From Planctomycetales bacterium (GTDB lineage Bacteria > 4484-113): 64,000 nucleotides of DNA. Position numbers and translations under genes: made by a program. The notes under the pieces were generated by a model, which saw nothing but the letters and a program-made list of their open reading frames with translations, had not been told where the DNA came from and did not search any database. Positions 30,198 to 40,337 of the stretch are shown in pieces (position 1 is the stretch's first letter; every line of letters begins with the position of its first letter). The DNA lies in contig JBBIRS010000005.1 of the NCBI GenBank assembly GCA_037441675.1, positions 11,648 through 75,647 on the forward strand, given 5' to 3'.

Positions 30198-32441
30198 TTA
30201 AACGTGAAGTTGAGAGAGGGCGCGTTCAAATTGCCTCACAAACAATAGCCCCTTATCAATCTTCTTGATTTCTATATTCTTAAGCCTATTCTTTATAAGC
30301 TTGAGGGTTCCGGTGGGGAGCTGATCCTCCAACTGAGGAATAGTGGTATGGGTATCAAGCAAATTTTCGTCTCTGAGGAATTGGTTAGCGTCTAGAAGCG
30401 TAAAGATGAACTTCTTTGGAAGAAAATCAATTAGGATAAATAATCTTGGAGTAACCTTGCTTTCCTTTTTTCTTGCGAGTAGAGCGAGCGCGGTTTCTTC
30501 TAGGAGTCCAGAAACCGCATCAAGCACCTCGGCTGGAATTGCGACAGTGCTAACAATGCTGTTAACTTTTCTAAGTAGTGAGATTGTATCTTCAATTGAT
30601 TCAATATAACCACCAATAGAAGGAGATGCAGTATAAGCAAAGGTGACAAGAACTTCATCATCAGTAGCGGCAACACCTTTAGTAGCTCTACCTAGAGCTT
30701 TAAGGAGTAGTTGATGCGCAATTGGGGGAGGATAAATTCCTAGCTGGATAACGTACCTCCGCAAATCGTCATCGGTAAGCTTACTTGGTGGGGGATATTC
30801 TTTTAACAGTCCATCCGTATACAGGAAGACTTTGTCATCACGCTTGAGTTTAATCCATTTTCTTTGAATATCCGCATCTGAATCAAGATCAAACAAACCA
30901 ATCGGAGGAAGGTTTCTCTCTAAGGTGATGAGATTACCCGTCTCCACTTGGTAAACCAGAGGAGAAGGATGGGCGCAATTGATGTACTCAAAACTTCCGG
31001 TGAGGTTATGCAGTCTGCCGACAAATATGGTGGCATAGTATCCCACGTCCTTAAAATTTTCCAACCAAAAGTCATTAAAGCTTTGCACAAGCGTTTCGGT
31101 GGGAGGATCGGTGTTTAGGATGTTGATGAAAAATGAGTAGGCAGACGTGGAAACCAGCGCGCTACCAATACCATGCCCACTTACGTCTCCTACAATGACG
31201 TAGGAGTAGGTTTCTGCGCTTTTTAGAAACACTATATCCCCACCGATGGAGCGGTGAGCCTTGAAGTGTAAGTGGGCTCCAACGTAAGGCGAGGAAAAGT
31301 CTATGGGTAGGTTCATGCTAATGATTTGCTCAGATATGCGAAGGTCGTGCTCCATCTGTTGCTTATAAACCTCAAGCTGTTTGGAGTAGTTCTTGAGAAC
31401 CTTATAATCGTAGGCGCGAATGATTGCGCTAGCGATTTCGCTGGCTAGAGTTTCCATTGATTCAATATCAAATTGATCAAATGAGTTCGGAGCGTCCGCC
31501 TGGACATCTAATACTCCCAAGATGTTGTTGCCTTGGGCAATGGGAACTGCAAGCTCTGAGATTGCCTCTATATCACCTTCAATTTCAGGAAGATAATAGG
31601 GATCGGTTCTTGCATCCTTGCAGTAGTATGTGGTTCTAGTTCTGAATGCTTCACCTATGCATCCCTTGGATGTGGAAATCTTTGGTGGTAACACCAATTT
31701 ATCAGCGTAAGCACCTGCAACTGCACTAAGCTCCAGAGCTTCCTCATCAGGCCTATACAGAAAAATATAGACGTTGTAATAGAGAAAGTAATTCTTCAGA
31801 AGCTTAGCGGTAGTGGTAAGAATATCCTTCAGGTCAACTCGCATAAGCGCTCGTTCGGCAATTTGGTGGAGGAGACGCATCTGCATAAGCCTTTTAGTTC
31901 CTCTAGCTTCTCGACGCAAGGCGCTGTAATACAGCGCAACCGCATCCACATATTCCTGCATTAGTCCTACACGTTCATTGTTTATTTGCTTCTCAGTTGT
32001 TTCAAAGCAGAACAAGCCGAGCAGGTGGGTTTGGAAAAACAAAGGTAAAAAGTAGCAAGAGAGAGTTTCCCTCTCGACAAGATCTGCTCCCGGAGAAAGT
32101 TTTCTAATATCATCAGCCAGTATGAACTTTGTTCTGTGTGAAATTTGCCCGAGAATAAATTCAGCAACTGGACTGTCTAAGCCGATTTTATCTCCACGTT
32201 TTACGCCTGTCTTTACTGTTCCTTGCATATAGTCGCAGTAGAAACTACTATCTGAGGAAGAATATTTCCAAAAGGTCATTTTCTTAGCAGAGAGAATATC
32301 CGTTGCTACTTCATATAGTATGTTAAACGCCGGAGCGTAGGACTGCGAACCATTGGTCTCACGTATTACCCTAGCTGTGAAAGCACTCAATTTCGCTTCT
32401 AGCTCTGATTCTTTCATTTCCCCTCTTTTAGATTTTAACAT
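30198..32441 (-). CDS. GAF-GAF-PP2C (SpoIIE/RsbU-like) phosphatase with C-terminal extension
   Basis: GAF SELAVPI..LGVLDVQ; PP2C IGGD, VGDVSGHG, INCAHP, LYTDGL, TDD. Confidence 0.85.
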   Translation of the reverse strand: MLKSKRGEMKESELEAKLSAFTARVIRETNGSQSYAPAFNILYEVATDILSAKKMTFWKYSSSDSSFYCDYMQGTVKTGVKRGDKIGLDSPVAEFILGQISHRTKFILADDIRKLSPGADLVERETLSCYFLPLFFQTHLLGLFCFETTEKQINNERVGLMQEYVDAVALYYSALRREARGTKRLMQMRLLHQIAERALMRVDLKDILTTTAKLLKNYFLYYNVYIFLYRPDEEALELSAVAGAYADKLVLPPKISTSKGCIGEAFRTRTTYYCKDARTDPYYLPEIEGDIEAISELAVPIAQGNNILGVLDVQADAPNSFDQFDIESMETLASEIASAIIRAYDYKVLKNYSKQLEVYKQQMEHDLRISEQIISMNLPIDFSSPYVGAHLHFKAHRSIGGDIVFLKSAETYSYVIVGDVSGHGIGSALVSTSAYSFFINILNTDPPTETLVQSFNDFWLENFKDVGYYATIFVGRLHNLTGSFEYINCAHPSPLVYQVETGNLITLERNLPPIGLFDLDSDADIQRKWIKLKRDDKVFLYTDGLLKEYPPPSKLTDDDLRRYVIQLGIYPPPIAHQLLLKALGRATKGVAATDDEVLVTFAYTASPSIGGYIESIEDTISLLRKVNSIVSTVAIPAEVLDAVSGLLEETALALLARKKESKVTPRLFILIDFLPKKFIFTLLDANQFLRDENLLDTHTTIPQLEDQLPTGTLKLIKNRLKNIEIKKIDKGLLFVRQFERALSQLHV

Positions 32442-32531
32442 ATGAGTAATTTGGGCAAAATTTCTTCAAAGATTTCATAAGAGTTCCCGCATATCTGAAG
32501 ATTAAGAAGTTGATAGAATTAAATCGTAGTT

Positions 32532-33845
32532 ATGAGAGCAAATTTTCTCGCCTTTCAGCTTGCCTATTTCCTTATCATTTTTGTTTTTCCAAGTAGCTCA
32601 TTATCCGTTTACTACATAAGCGATGATTTTTCTGGAAAGATAAAGTATTTCTACGAAGGAGACATTGACGCTTCTCACTTCAAGTATTTACAAGAGGATA
32701 GGATGTATGAGATTGATGGACTTCAGTCTGATACTAACAGCGTTGCTTCGCTAATTGATAGCTTTGCTAGCTATGAGGTAACGCTGGAAGTTCAAATTGC
32801 GGAAATAGGAAAAGTAGAGGGAGGATATGCGGGCTTAGCTTTTTATTTTAGGGAGACTGAGAAAGGAGCGTCTTTCTACTCATTCTTGATTTTTTCGGAC
32901 GGATATTTTGCAATCTCACAGGTTGAGGAGGGTCAGGGTCGGCGGTATCTTGTGCCGCTGAGAAGGACTGAACTTATCAATCCTTTTGGCTTCAACGAGC
33001 TTAGGCTGAAAGTGAGTGATGGCATTGGTGGGGCTTACATAAATGGTACTTTTGTGTCCACCTTTGATTATCCAAAGGATGCGTCAGGCGGTGTGGGAAT
33101 GCTGGCAGGTTCTCACACATTAGCCAGATTTAGAAATTTCAAATGGCAGGTTTTTGACGAGCTTAAGCCCGGTGATTTTTCCGGACCATTTGGGCTTATT
33201 CCAGCCTCTCGTATTGATGTTCTCTTCCGGGATGACTTTCAATTTCCTAACTGGAAGGTTGGTAAAGTTAACTTCGCCTCAATGTCCTATAGGGGCGATC
33301 GTTATGTTCTCAATAATCTTAGAGGAACTCATTTACTCACCTCCTACCTGTTGGGCGAGAGGGTGGATGATTTCGTTCTTTCAGCGGTTTTCTCTAGTGT
33401 AGAGGGTAGCAGTGCAAACGGTTTTGGTGTCGCCTTCTGCCTTAATGGATCAGATGATGCTCTCTCTTACATCGCCTTTGTAACCGCAAAGGATGGAACC
33501 TGGAAGTTATTTAAGCAGAGCGGAGATGTTAGTATGGATATTACTGATTGGCGGGATATTCCATTTGAGGTAGATTATGATGGCGCGGTTGTGTTAAGCG
33601 CCGGTTGCCTGCAAGTGAATGATAAGCTTATTCTTATTTTTGGAGTTAACGGAGAGCTCGTGGGACACACGGAACTTGCTAACTATGACTTTGGAGGCGG
33701 ATTTGGGCTGGTTATTGCCCCTAGAGTATCTGCGGAAGTAAGCTCCCTCACCCTCGTATCAATCAAAAATGCAAAAAATGAATTCTTAGAAGCCCTGAGA
33801 AGCGTAGTGGGTAACGAAAAAATTAAGACCGAAGAGGCATCCTGA
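32532..33845 (+). CDS. Exported protein with two similar beta-sandwich (DUF1080/lectin-like) domains
   Basis: Signal peptide, two repeats of DDF...G(L/V)AF...(Y/F)ING..V...GG(V/F)G. Confidence 0.55.
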   Translation: MRANFLAFQLAYFLIIFVFPSSSLSVYYISDDFSGKIKYFYEGDIDASHFKYLQEDRMYEIDGLQSDTNSVASLIDSFASYEVTLEVQIAEIGKVEGGYAGLAFYFRETEKGASFYSFLIFSDGYFAISQVEEGQGRRYLVPLRRTELINPFGFNELRLKVSDGIGGAYINGTFVSTFDYPKDASGGVGMLAGSHTLARFRNFKWQVFDELKPGDFSGPFGLIPASRIDVLFRDDFQFPNWKVGKVNFASMSYRGDRYVLNNLRGTHLLTSYLLGERVDDFVLSAVFSSVEGSSANGFGVAFCLNGSDDALSYIAFVTAKDGTWKLFKQSGDVSMDITDWRDIPFEVDYDGAVVLSAGCLQVNDKLILIFGVNGELVGHTELANYDFGGGFGLVIAPRVSAEVSSLTLVSIKNAKNEFLEALRSVVGNEKIKTEEAS

Positions 33846-33956
33846 ATCTATAATCTATGCTTGAAAACAGGTTAAATTGTGCTTATTTCATCTGAGATTT
33901 ATATCACGGTACTTTGTCTATTATGTATACTTCTTAAGGTTTTATCAGGAGTAGGT

Positions 33957-34553
33957 ATGAAAGGGTTTTTAGCCCTATTTGGGATAATTTTGTTAACTTC
34001 CATATTTCTGGCTGAAGCGAGTTTTTCGCAGGAGATTAACTCTGGTAGCGATAGCCTATTCACTTTAGAGCAACTTATAAACTCTGACTACAAGCCGATT
34101 CTGGTGAATTTTGACACTGATAAGGGTTCATTTCTAATTGCAGTTTATCCTGATATTGCGCCTATCTCAAGTGAGAACTTTCTCCGTCTTGTTCAGGAAG
34201 GTTTCTATGACGAAATAGTGGTGCACCGAGTGGTCGCAGAGTTTGTGATGCAGGCTGGAGAAATAAAGGAAGGCAGTAAGAAGAGTAAGCTTCTAAGAAC
34301 TATCAAGGATGAGCCTACTAAAGTTCACCATGAACCGGGGACGGTGTCTTTTGCCAAGCTGTACGATGTGGAGAAGAAGGAATACATCCCTGATTCAGCA
34401 GAGGCGCAGTTCTTCATCAATTTGGGTCATAACGAGAGATTGGATGCTAACTTTACCGTATTTGGGTACGTCTTTTGGGGAATGGAAGTTGTCAGGGAGA
34501 TTGAAGTTGGCGATAGGATATTGCGCGCCTATATAGTTAACGAGCTTCTGTGA
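33957..34553 (+). CDS. Exported cyclophilin-type peptidyl-prolyl isomerase
   Basis: AP..ENF..LV..GFYD..VHRVV..FVMQAG, QFFINL..N..LD..FTVFG. AGGAG RBS before ATG 33957. Confidence 0.9.
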   Translation: MKGFLALFGIILLTSIFLAEASFSQEINSGSDSLFTLEQLINSDYKPILVNFDTDKGSFLIAVYPDIAPISSENFLRLVQEGFYDEIVVHRVVAEFVMQAGEIKEGSKKSKLLRTIKDEPTKVHHEPGTVSFAKLYDVEKKEYIPDSAEAQFFINLGHNERLDANFTVFGYVFWGMEVVREIEVGDRILRAYIVNELL

Positions 34554-34629
34554 TATGGATGTTTGCCTCAGAAGGAAGGCAAAAGGGTAGGAGGTGCTTG
34601 GCAGTTCCGAGAGGATGCGAAGTTGAACT

Positions 34630-35175
34630 ATGGATTCTAACAGACAAACATTGAAAAGCGAGCTTGTATCTTTGTTATACCGTGGTGGTGACTATATTTC
34701 GGCTGAGAGGATTTGCGAATACTTTGGTGTTGATGCGAAGGTTCTAAGGGAAGTGGTCGAGGAATTAAGGCAAAGCCTCAATCCTCTTGGTTTAGAAATA
34801 GTCTTTAGCGCAGGTGGATATAGGCTTACAACACATCCACGCGTTTTCCATACGATTCGTTCGTTCTTCGCGGAATTGAGGGAGACTACGCTTAGTCATC
34901 AAGCGCTAGAGGTGCTTGCGATTATTGCTTACAAGCAACCAATTACTCGCGCAGAAATTGAGGAAATAAGACAGGTGAGTTCTGAGAGCGTAATTAAATC
35001 TTTGCTTGCTAAAAGGCTCATAAGAGTGAAGGGTAGGGCGATGGCGCCCGGTCGTCCGTTCCTTTATGTTTCCACCAATCACTTCCTGGAAACATTTGGG
35101 CTTGCTTCCTTGGATGAACTTCCGAGGCTGGAGTTCAGGGAACTTGAGGAGAGGTTCACGGATATTCCAAAGTAG
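34630..35175 (+). CDS. scpB: SMC-Scp complex subunit ScpB
   Basis: LSHQALEVLAIIAYKQPITRAEIEEIRQV, PGRPFLY..T..FLETFGL.SLDELP. Confidence 0.95.
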   Translation: MDSNRQTLKSELVSLLYRGGDYISAERICEYFGVDAKVLREVVEELRQSLNPLGLEIVFSAGGYRLTTHPRVFHTIRSFFAELRETTLSHQALEVLAIIAYKQPITRAEIEEIRQVSSESVIKSLLAKRLIRVKGRAMAPGRPFLYVSTNHFLETFGLASLDELPRLEFRELEERFTDIPK

Positions 35176-35237
35176 AAAGTGGGGTCGTAGAATCAACTAA
35201 TAAATTCAGCATTAATTCCTCAATTTAGAGGTAGCTG

Positions 35238-36569
35238 TTATTTTGAGTTGAGCGGTCTTTCCTCCAGGGTTACGACAACTTCTTGAAGAACACCGTCGCG
35301 CTCAAAAACTATATGAACGCTGTCACCGGGGGATAAATCCTTGAGCAGTTCGGAGTATGTTTTCAAGTCAGTAACTTCTTTTCCTGCAAGCTTTCTTATA
35401 ATGTCGTTTGCTTTAAGCCCTGCCCTTTCAGCGGGACTACCCGGGACAACTCCGGAGATTATCACTCCTCCCTTAACCACGTTGGAAAAATCGGGAATGG
35501 TTCCAAGAAACGCTCTCCTTTTGCCATTTCCGGCGGGGGCGGTTGCGGATGGGGAGAGTGGTCGAAAGGTAAAGCTTGCATCCTCAGGAATGGCTTTGAG
35601 CAGATTAAAGAGAAGATTGCTAACTTTCACTAAGAAAAGATATTCAACCTTCTCCCAGGTATCGGTCGGACGATGGTAGGTTAATGGCGCTCCGCCGAAT
35701 AAAAATACAAATGGTATTTGAGCTTCGTGAAATACAAAATGGTCTCCAGCTTCCCAGCCATGCTCCATATTTTGAACGGTGATGGGGGAGTTTGACTGTC
35801 TAACTAGCTCCTCTATCATAGAGAGCATTCTCTTGGTTCCTTGGTTTTTTGTATTTATATCCGCACCAGAGGCAATATATAAAGTGTCATTTACTGGCGC
35901 TCCGATTGTATCCAAATTTACTACCATCAGGGGATGCGAGTAAATGAGAATGCCGGAAGAGTTTTTTAGAAATGCCCTCGCACCCTCTAGCCCTTCTTCC
36001 TCCATATCCGAAAAGAGAAAGACGATTGGGAAGTTAATCTCTTCCGATGAATTATCCAAAGAGAGTCTGCGCGCCAGAGCTAGGAGGGTTGCCACTCCAC
36101 TTGCATTATCATTTGCACCGGGAAATGTCTCCCAGCTTCCGTCATCCTTGCGCATCTTTCCCAGATGGTCGTAATGGGCAGAAAGCAAGATGTAGCCTTT
36201 ATCAAAGGAAGTTCTTGGAGGCGCCCAATATCCAATTAAATTCTTCCCTGTTCGAAACTCTCTCTTTTCGCCATTCTTGTCCTTGCCCCGGACAAGAAAG
36301 AAGCTAAAGTAATCCTTCGGGTTATCCCTTGATATTGGGCTTATAGGTTTAATTCCAAAATCCAACAGATTTTTCGCAATGAAGTTTGCGGAGAACCTGC
36401 TACCCAAGCTCCCGCTCTTTCTGCCTTCTAAGTTCCTTGAAGAGAGATATTTTACAACCTGAAGAAGAAACTCATCACCATCGGAATTGGCGTTCGCTTG
36501 ACGGTAGGATTTTAGGGTTAAAGCCAAGGCGAGAAAGATTAAGCAGGTTAGGGCGAAATATTTCCTCAT
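35238..36569 (-). CDS. M28 metallopeptidase with C-terminal PDZ domain
   Basis: SAHYDHLG, GANDNASG, EEEGLEG, YHRPTD; PDZ FLGTIPD..GSPAERAGL. Confidence 0.9.
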   Translation of the reverse strand: MRKYFALTCLIFLALALTLKSYRQANANSDGDEFLLQVVKYLSSRNLEGRKSGSLGSRFSANFIAKNLLDFGIKPISPISRDNPKDYFSFFLVRGKDKNGEKREFRTGKNLIGYWAPPRTSFDKGYILLSAHYDHLGKMRKDDGSWETFPGANDNASGVATLLALARRLSLDNSSEEINFPIVFLFSDMEEEGLEGARAFLKNSSGILIYSHPLMVVNLDTIGAPVNDTLYIASGADINTKNQGTKRMLSMIEELVRQSNSPITVQNMEHGWEAGDHFVFHEAQIPFVFLFGGAPLTYHRPTDTWEKVEYLFLVKVSNLLFNLLKAIPEDASFTFRPLSPSATAPAGNGKRRAFLGTIPDFSNVVKGGVIISGVVPGSPAERAGLKANDIIRKLAGKEVTDLKTYSELLKDLSPGDSVHIVFERDGVLQEVVVTLEERPLNSK

Positions 36570-37480
36570 AATTGGCGCCTAAGAGAGAAAATGAGGGGAG
36601 TAATTGCCAGTAACATAGTCACCAAAAAGCCGATAAGGATTAGCCAAGCCATTAATTTATTTGAGATTCTTCCCGTTTTTCTAACAGATGGAGTGAAGTA
36701 AAACTGGTCAACTCGCAGAAGGATAATCGAGCCGAAGTAGATAAGAAGCAGTTCAGAGGCGGTATCGGTGAAACTATTGCCTACAGGCCAACCACCCCAA
36801 GCGTGTTGTATCCCACTAGTAACGGCGGAGATGTACATTGAGATTGGAACAGCTCCTAGAAAGAAGGAGAGCCAACCCCAGCGAAGACTCTGATGAGCCT
36901 TATTGGTGGTGGCATTTTGCGCTAGGTCTCCCATTCTACCAAATAGTATTAAAGAGGCATAGTACAAAGAGTGAAAAAGAAAGATTAGAGCTCCTAATAT
37001 AAACATAAACTTTGAGGCAAGAATTGAGGGGTTAATTTGCCTCTCCCATTTCGTAGTAAAAAGTGGATTTCTCGGGGCGTTGCTGGGAATGTTCGCTGTA
37101 GTTCCTTCAGTGTCAAAGATGGTAATATACCACTCCATCACTTCAGAGATGCCCAGGGCAGGAAGTTCGCCTACCCAATACGCGCCACGGTTCACCTGTT
37201 TCATGGAAGTGGAACGAAAAACCTGTTCACCTCTGTGTCTAAATCGTATTTCCGCCCTTTCTATCTCCGCTCCTCTATTTGATTGAAATGAGCCACTTAC
37301 GAGCAAGTTGTTTCCAACCCTTTCAATCCTTTTAATTTCTACCGAGTAACTAATTGGCAGTCTTGGGTCGTTCTGGGACGCCACTTTGGGGGTCAAAATT
37401 AAAGTGATGAAATAGTATAAAATGACCGCAGACAGGGCTACAACAGTTGATATAATCCACTTTTGCCTTTTAACTGGCAT
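36566..37480 (-). CDS. Hypothetical membrane protein (N-anchor, soluble domain, about 4 TM)
   Basis: 304-aa ORF with hydrophobic segments, ATGA-coupled to the peptidase. Confidence 0.65.
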   Translation of the reverse strand: MPVKRQKWIISTVVALSAVILYYFITLILTPKVASQNDPRLPISYSVEIKRIERVGNNLLVSGSFQSNRGAEIERAEIRFRHRGEQVFRSTSMKQVNRGAYWVGELPALGISEVMEWYITIFDTEGTTANIPSNAPRNPLFTTKWERQINPSILASKFMFILGALIFLFHSLYYASLILFGRMGDLAQNATTNKAHQSLRWGWLSFFLGAVPISMYISAVTSGIQHAWGGWPVGNSFTDTASELLLIYFGSIILLRVDQFYFTPSVRKTGRISNKLMAWLILIGFLVTMLLAITPLIFSLRRQL

Positions 37481-37489
37481 ACCCCCTAT

Positions 37490-37762
37490 TTATTCTTTCC
37501 CTTGACTTTCATTAGGTTTGGAAATTTTATCAATTTCTTCCTTTGCACGTAAAGACCAGTATCCCTCAGGTTCAGCTTCCAAATAATAACTGAAAAAGGC
37601 TTTCGCAATTTGTAAGAGACCGATTGATTGAAATGCAAGTCCTAGATTGTAGAAAGCACCACTGTATGAGTTATCGTTCAAATATTCTTTTATAAGCTCG
37701 TAGATTGCCTCAGCCTGCCTACCCTCCTTTATTAAGGACTGAAACTTTTCGCATCGTGACAT
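37490..37762 (-). CDS. Small TPR protein
   Basis: AFYNLGLAF..A..F..YLEAEP TPR pattern; first gene of the operon. Confidence 0.65.
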   Translation of the reverse strand: MSRCEKFQSLIKEGRQAEAIYELIKEYLNDNSYSGAFYNLGLAFQSIGLLQIAKAFFSYYLEAEPEGYWSLRAKEEIDKISKPNESQGKE

Positions 37763-38047
37763 TTAAGCTTTTGTCTCTTGATCCGAAATATCAGTGAAAT
37801 ATCCGACTATTCAGCCAATCTATTATAGAGGAATGCATTAAGGATGTATCTAATACTTCATCTTCTAGTTTCGAAAAATTGAATTTTCTATTGTGCTAAG
37901 AAGCCTAGTGGGAAAGATGCTCATATCCTAAATCGGCGGTAAAATAATATTTGTTAGGTTAAGGAACTTTTCTTTTAAGTAATAAGTCTAAGAATATGGC
38001 CAGCGACGTAAAGTTTCCAAAAAGATTCTAAAGGGAAGGGCAAAGGG

Positions 38048-39817
38048 ATGAAGCAAATAGCAATAAGCTTTTTTTCACTATTACTGATTGCCACGTTTCT
38101 TAAAGCGCCAGCAGTTGCAGTGCCTTCACTGATCACGGGTGTTGATTACGGCAGTTTTGAGGATGAGGAAGTCCTCGCTATTCGCCACACTGGCGATGTG
38201 ACCTTTGCAGACCGCGTTTTCTGGGATAAGGCGGCTAATGAATTAACCTTTCTCCTCGCAAATGCTACTTTGGATAAAATACTCGTGAGAAAACCAAAGC
38301 TAGCGCTATTACAGTCTGTGGAAGTTACTCCAGTTTCCGGCAAGAATCAAGCGCTACTGAAATTAAGGACTAGCGACCCTCAGCTTTTTGATGATAGAAG
38401 ATTTAGAGCATCTATTTACTCTAAGTATGTCCTTCTAGTGGAGATTTTTCTAAAGGACTATGGCAAGCCAGAACTTAGCAGTGGGAAAGGGAAACCAATT
38501 CATACTCAGAGAGAGAAGAAATTTCCCTCTAAGCCACTGAATCTGAACCTGGAACAGGAGATACTTGTAACTACGCCGGCAAACGAATTACTCCGACTTT
38601 TATCTGAAAGAGGAGAGATAGCCATTCCAACTGCTCTTACTATAGTTAATGAGGAGCTTGGCCAGATATCTACGGAACAAGGGAGAAGTGCTATAGAGAA
38701 GATAGCGGAAGAGAATTTAGTGAATGAAACTATCTTTGTGGGTAATAGCGAAAAGCTGAGAGAGATTAGGAGTATCTTGGCGCTCCTAGACAACGGGAAA
38801 GAAATATCGGAGAAAAATAGGAAAGAAAGCTTAGAGAAAAATAATAAAAACGAAGTTTCAGATAAAGCTTCATTTGAAGAGGAGAATGCTAAGAGAGAGG
38901 TGTCCTCTCTTTCCGCTAGGATTTATGACGAGGATTATCCACTTGAAAGGGAGGTGCCTTTAGCTCCTGATTACACCTATTTAAGGAACCAGCTATCTGA
39001 CATTTTAGTTGATCTGAACGCTGTGGGCGGGCTCAATCTTTACGGAACACTTATGCTTCTTTCACAGATCAGCGGAGTTTCTATAATTCTAGACCCATAC
39101 TTAGCGGATGAGCCCACCGGCAGTCGCAGGAAAACTAAGCTTGAACAACCAGGTGGTAGCGGAGATGGCGCTCCAGCTGGTTTTCGTGGTGCGGGCGAGT
39201 TTGCTCCCATAGATTTGAGTGGAGCTACTAATACTGTGATTGGAAATTTCAACCAAGTGCCCTTTGACCTTGCGCTAGAGATTATTCTAGAAGCCCACGA
39301 CCTTGACTATTTGGTCTTCTCCACACCTGAAAGCGATTTCACGAAACCGGTAATCCTAGTGAGTAGTAGGGAGAGAATTGAGCAGGAGATTAAGGGCGCT
39401 AATAAGATTGACTTCTACCAGCTCCATTACGCTGACCCAGTGGAGCTTTACAATATCCTTGATAGGATGGACTTGCTTCCATCTAGAGTTGCAGGGTGGT
39501 ATGTGTACACAGGTCGTGGCGGTGGCATATTCGGCGGTGGATTCGGTGGCGGATTTGGTGGAGCTCGAGGCGGAGGCATTGGAAGCGGAGCGGGAGGCGG
39601 TCGCATTGGTGGTTTTGGCGGTCTCCTTTCCGAGAGCATTGACCCATCTTCTCCTCATGTTTTTTACCTTCAGATGAACTCGGAGCGTAGGCAAGACCAA
39701 ATATCTCAGCTTATTCGACTCTCCAATAAGCGAAAGGACGTGGAAATTTTAGCTGTTAAATTTCCGCAAAGTGTTTCCCAGTCCGTTCCTTATAGGATGC
39801 TTGTTATTTTCCTCTAG
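38048..39817 (+). CDS. Secretin (PilQ/GspD)-like N-terminal-domain protein lacking the pore domain
   Basis: Signal peptide, AMIN-like region, N0-like LMLLSQISGVSIILDP / VPFDLALEIILEAHDLDY, N-domain FYQLHYADPVELYNIL, Gly-rich loop. Confidence 0.6.
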   Translation: MKQIAISFFSLLLIATFLKAPAVAVPSLITGVDYGSFEDEEVLAIRHTGDVTFADRVFWDKAANELTFLLANATLDKILVRKPKLALLQSVEVTPVSGKNQALLKLRTSDPQLFDDRRFRASIYSKYVLLVEIFLKDYGKPELSSGKGKPIHTQREKKFPSKPLNLNLEQEILVTTPANELLRLLSERGEIAIPTALTIVNEELGQISTEQGRSAIEKIAEENLVNETIFVGNSEKLREIRSILALLDNGKEISEKNRKESLEKNNKNEVSDKASFEEENAKREVSSLSARIYDEDYPLEREVPLAPDYTYLRNQLSDILVDLNAVGGLNLYGTLMLLSQISGVSIILDPYLADEPTGSRRKTKLEQPGGSGDGAPAGFRGAGEFAPIDLSGATNTVIGNFNQVPFDLALEIILEAHDLDYLVFSTPESDFTKPVILVSSRERIEQEIKGANKIDFYQLHYADPVELYNILDRMDLLPSRVAGWYVYTGRGGGIFGGGFGGGFGGARGGGIGSGAGGGRIGGFGGLLSESIDPSSPHVFYLQMNSERRQDQISQLIRLSNKRKDVEILAVKFPQSVSQSVPYRMLVIFL

Positions 39818-40081
39818 AAGCTAAGGCAATTATTCGTATTTGGAGAGATTGAACGCCATATCTATTGCATCTTTTGCATTACCATAACTAGTAAGTTGGC
39901 TATTTCGGGAACGGAAGGGGCATTGGCAGAAGCTCGGAAGTGATTTGACTTGCCCGATTTTTTTAGCAAATGCTAACCTTTTTTGCTTGGAAATTTCTCT
40001 CTCAGGCGTATTCTCTTAGGTGCAACTAGAAATAATTTTCAAGTGCCATATTTTTTATATAGACTTAGGGCAAGTCCGCAT

Positions 40082-40153
40082 AAAAAAAGCTAGGGGAGGG
40101 CTGGGGGCAACCCTCCCCTTTTCTAGATAGGGGTGAGGGGGGTAGTGAGGGGT
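40082..40153 (-). ncRNA. Candidate 72-nt C-rich small RNA
   Basis: Promoter TTTACA (40187-40182), 16-nt spacer, extended TGc-TATAAT (40165-40160), followed by a 12-bp terminator stem and U7. No ORF. Confidence 0.6.
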
Positions 40154-40337
40154 GATGATATTATAGCAGTTTTTCCTAGTTTGTAAAGTTTAATAGTGAA
40201 AGCTTTTTATTTCGTTAATTTCATGCTTTTCTCTGGTAACGTTATTTGACTGCTAAAAAATGTTGTCTAGCCAAGATGATAGCTTGCTCAATCAAGTTCT
40301 TGTAAAATGAGATAGCAGTTTCTTTGCGGGGTAAGCA

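Noticed and set aside
39512..39622. GGCGGT-type repeats as a repeat array or CRISPR
   Set aside because: They are Gly codons inside a CDS, with no repeat-spacer structure.
40092..40152. G-quadruplex or pyrG attenuator explanation of the G-rich tract
   Set aside because: The U-tail and promoter both point to the minus strand, and the hairpin is over 200 bp from pyrG. G4 formation is not excluded but explains less.
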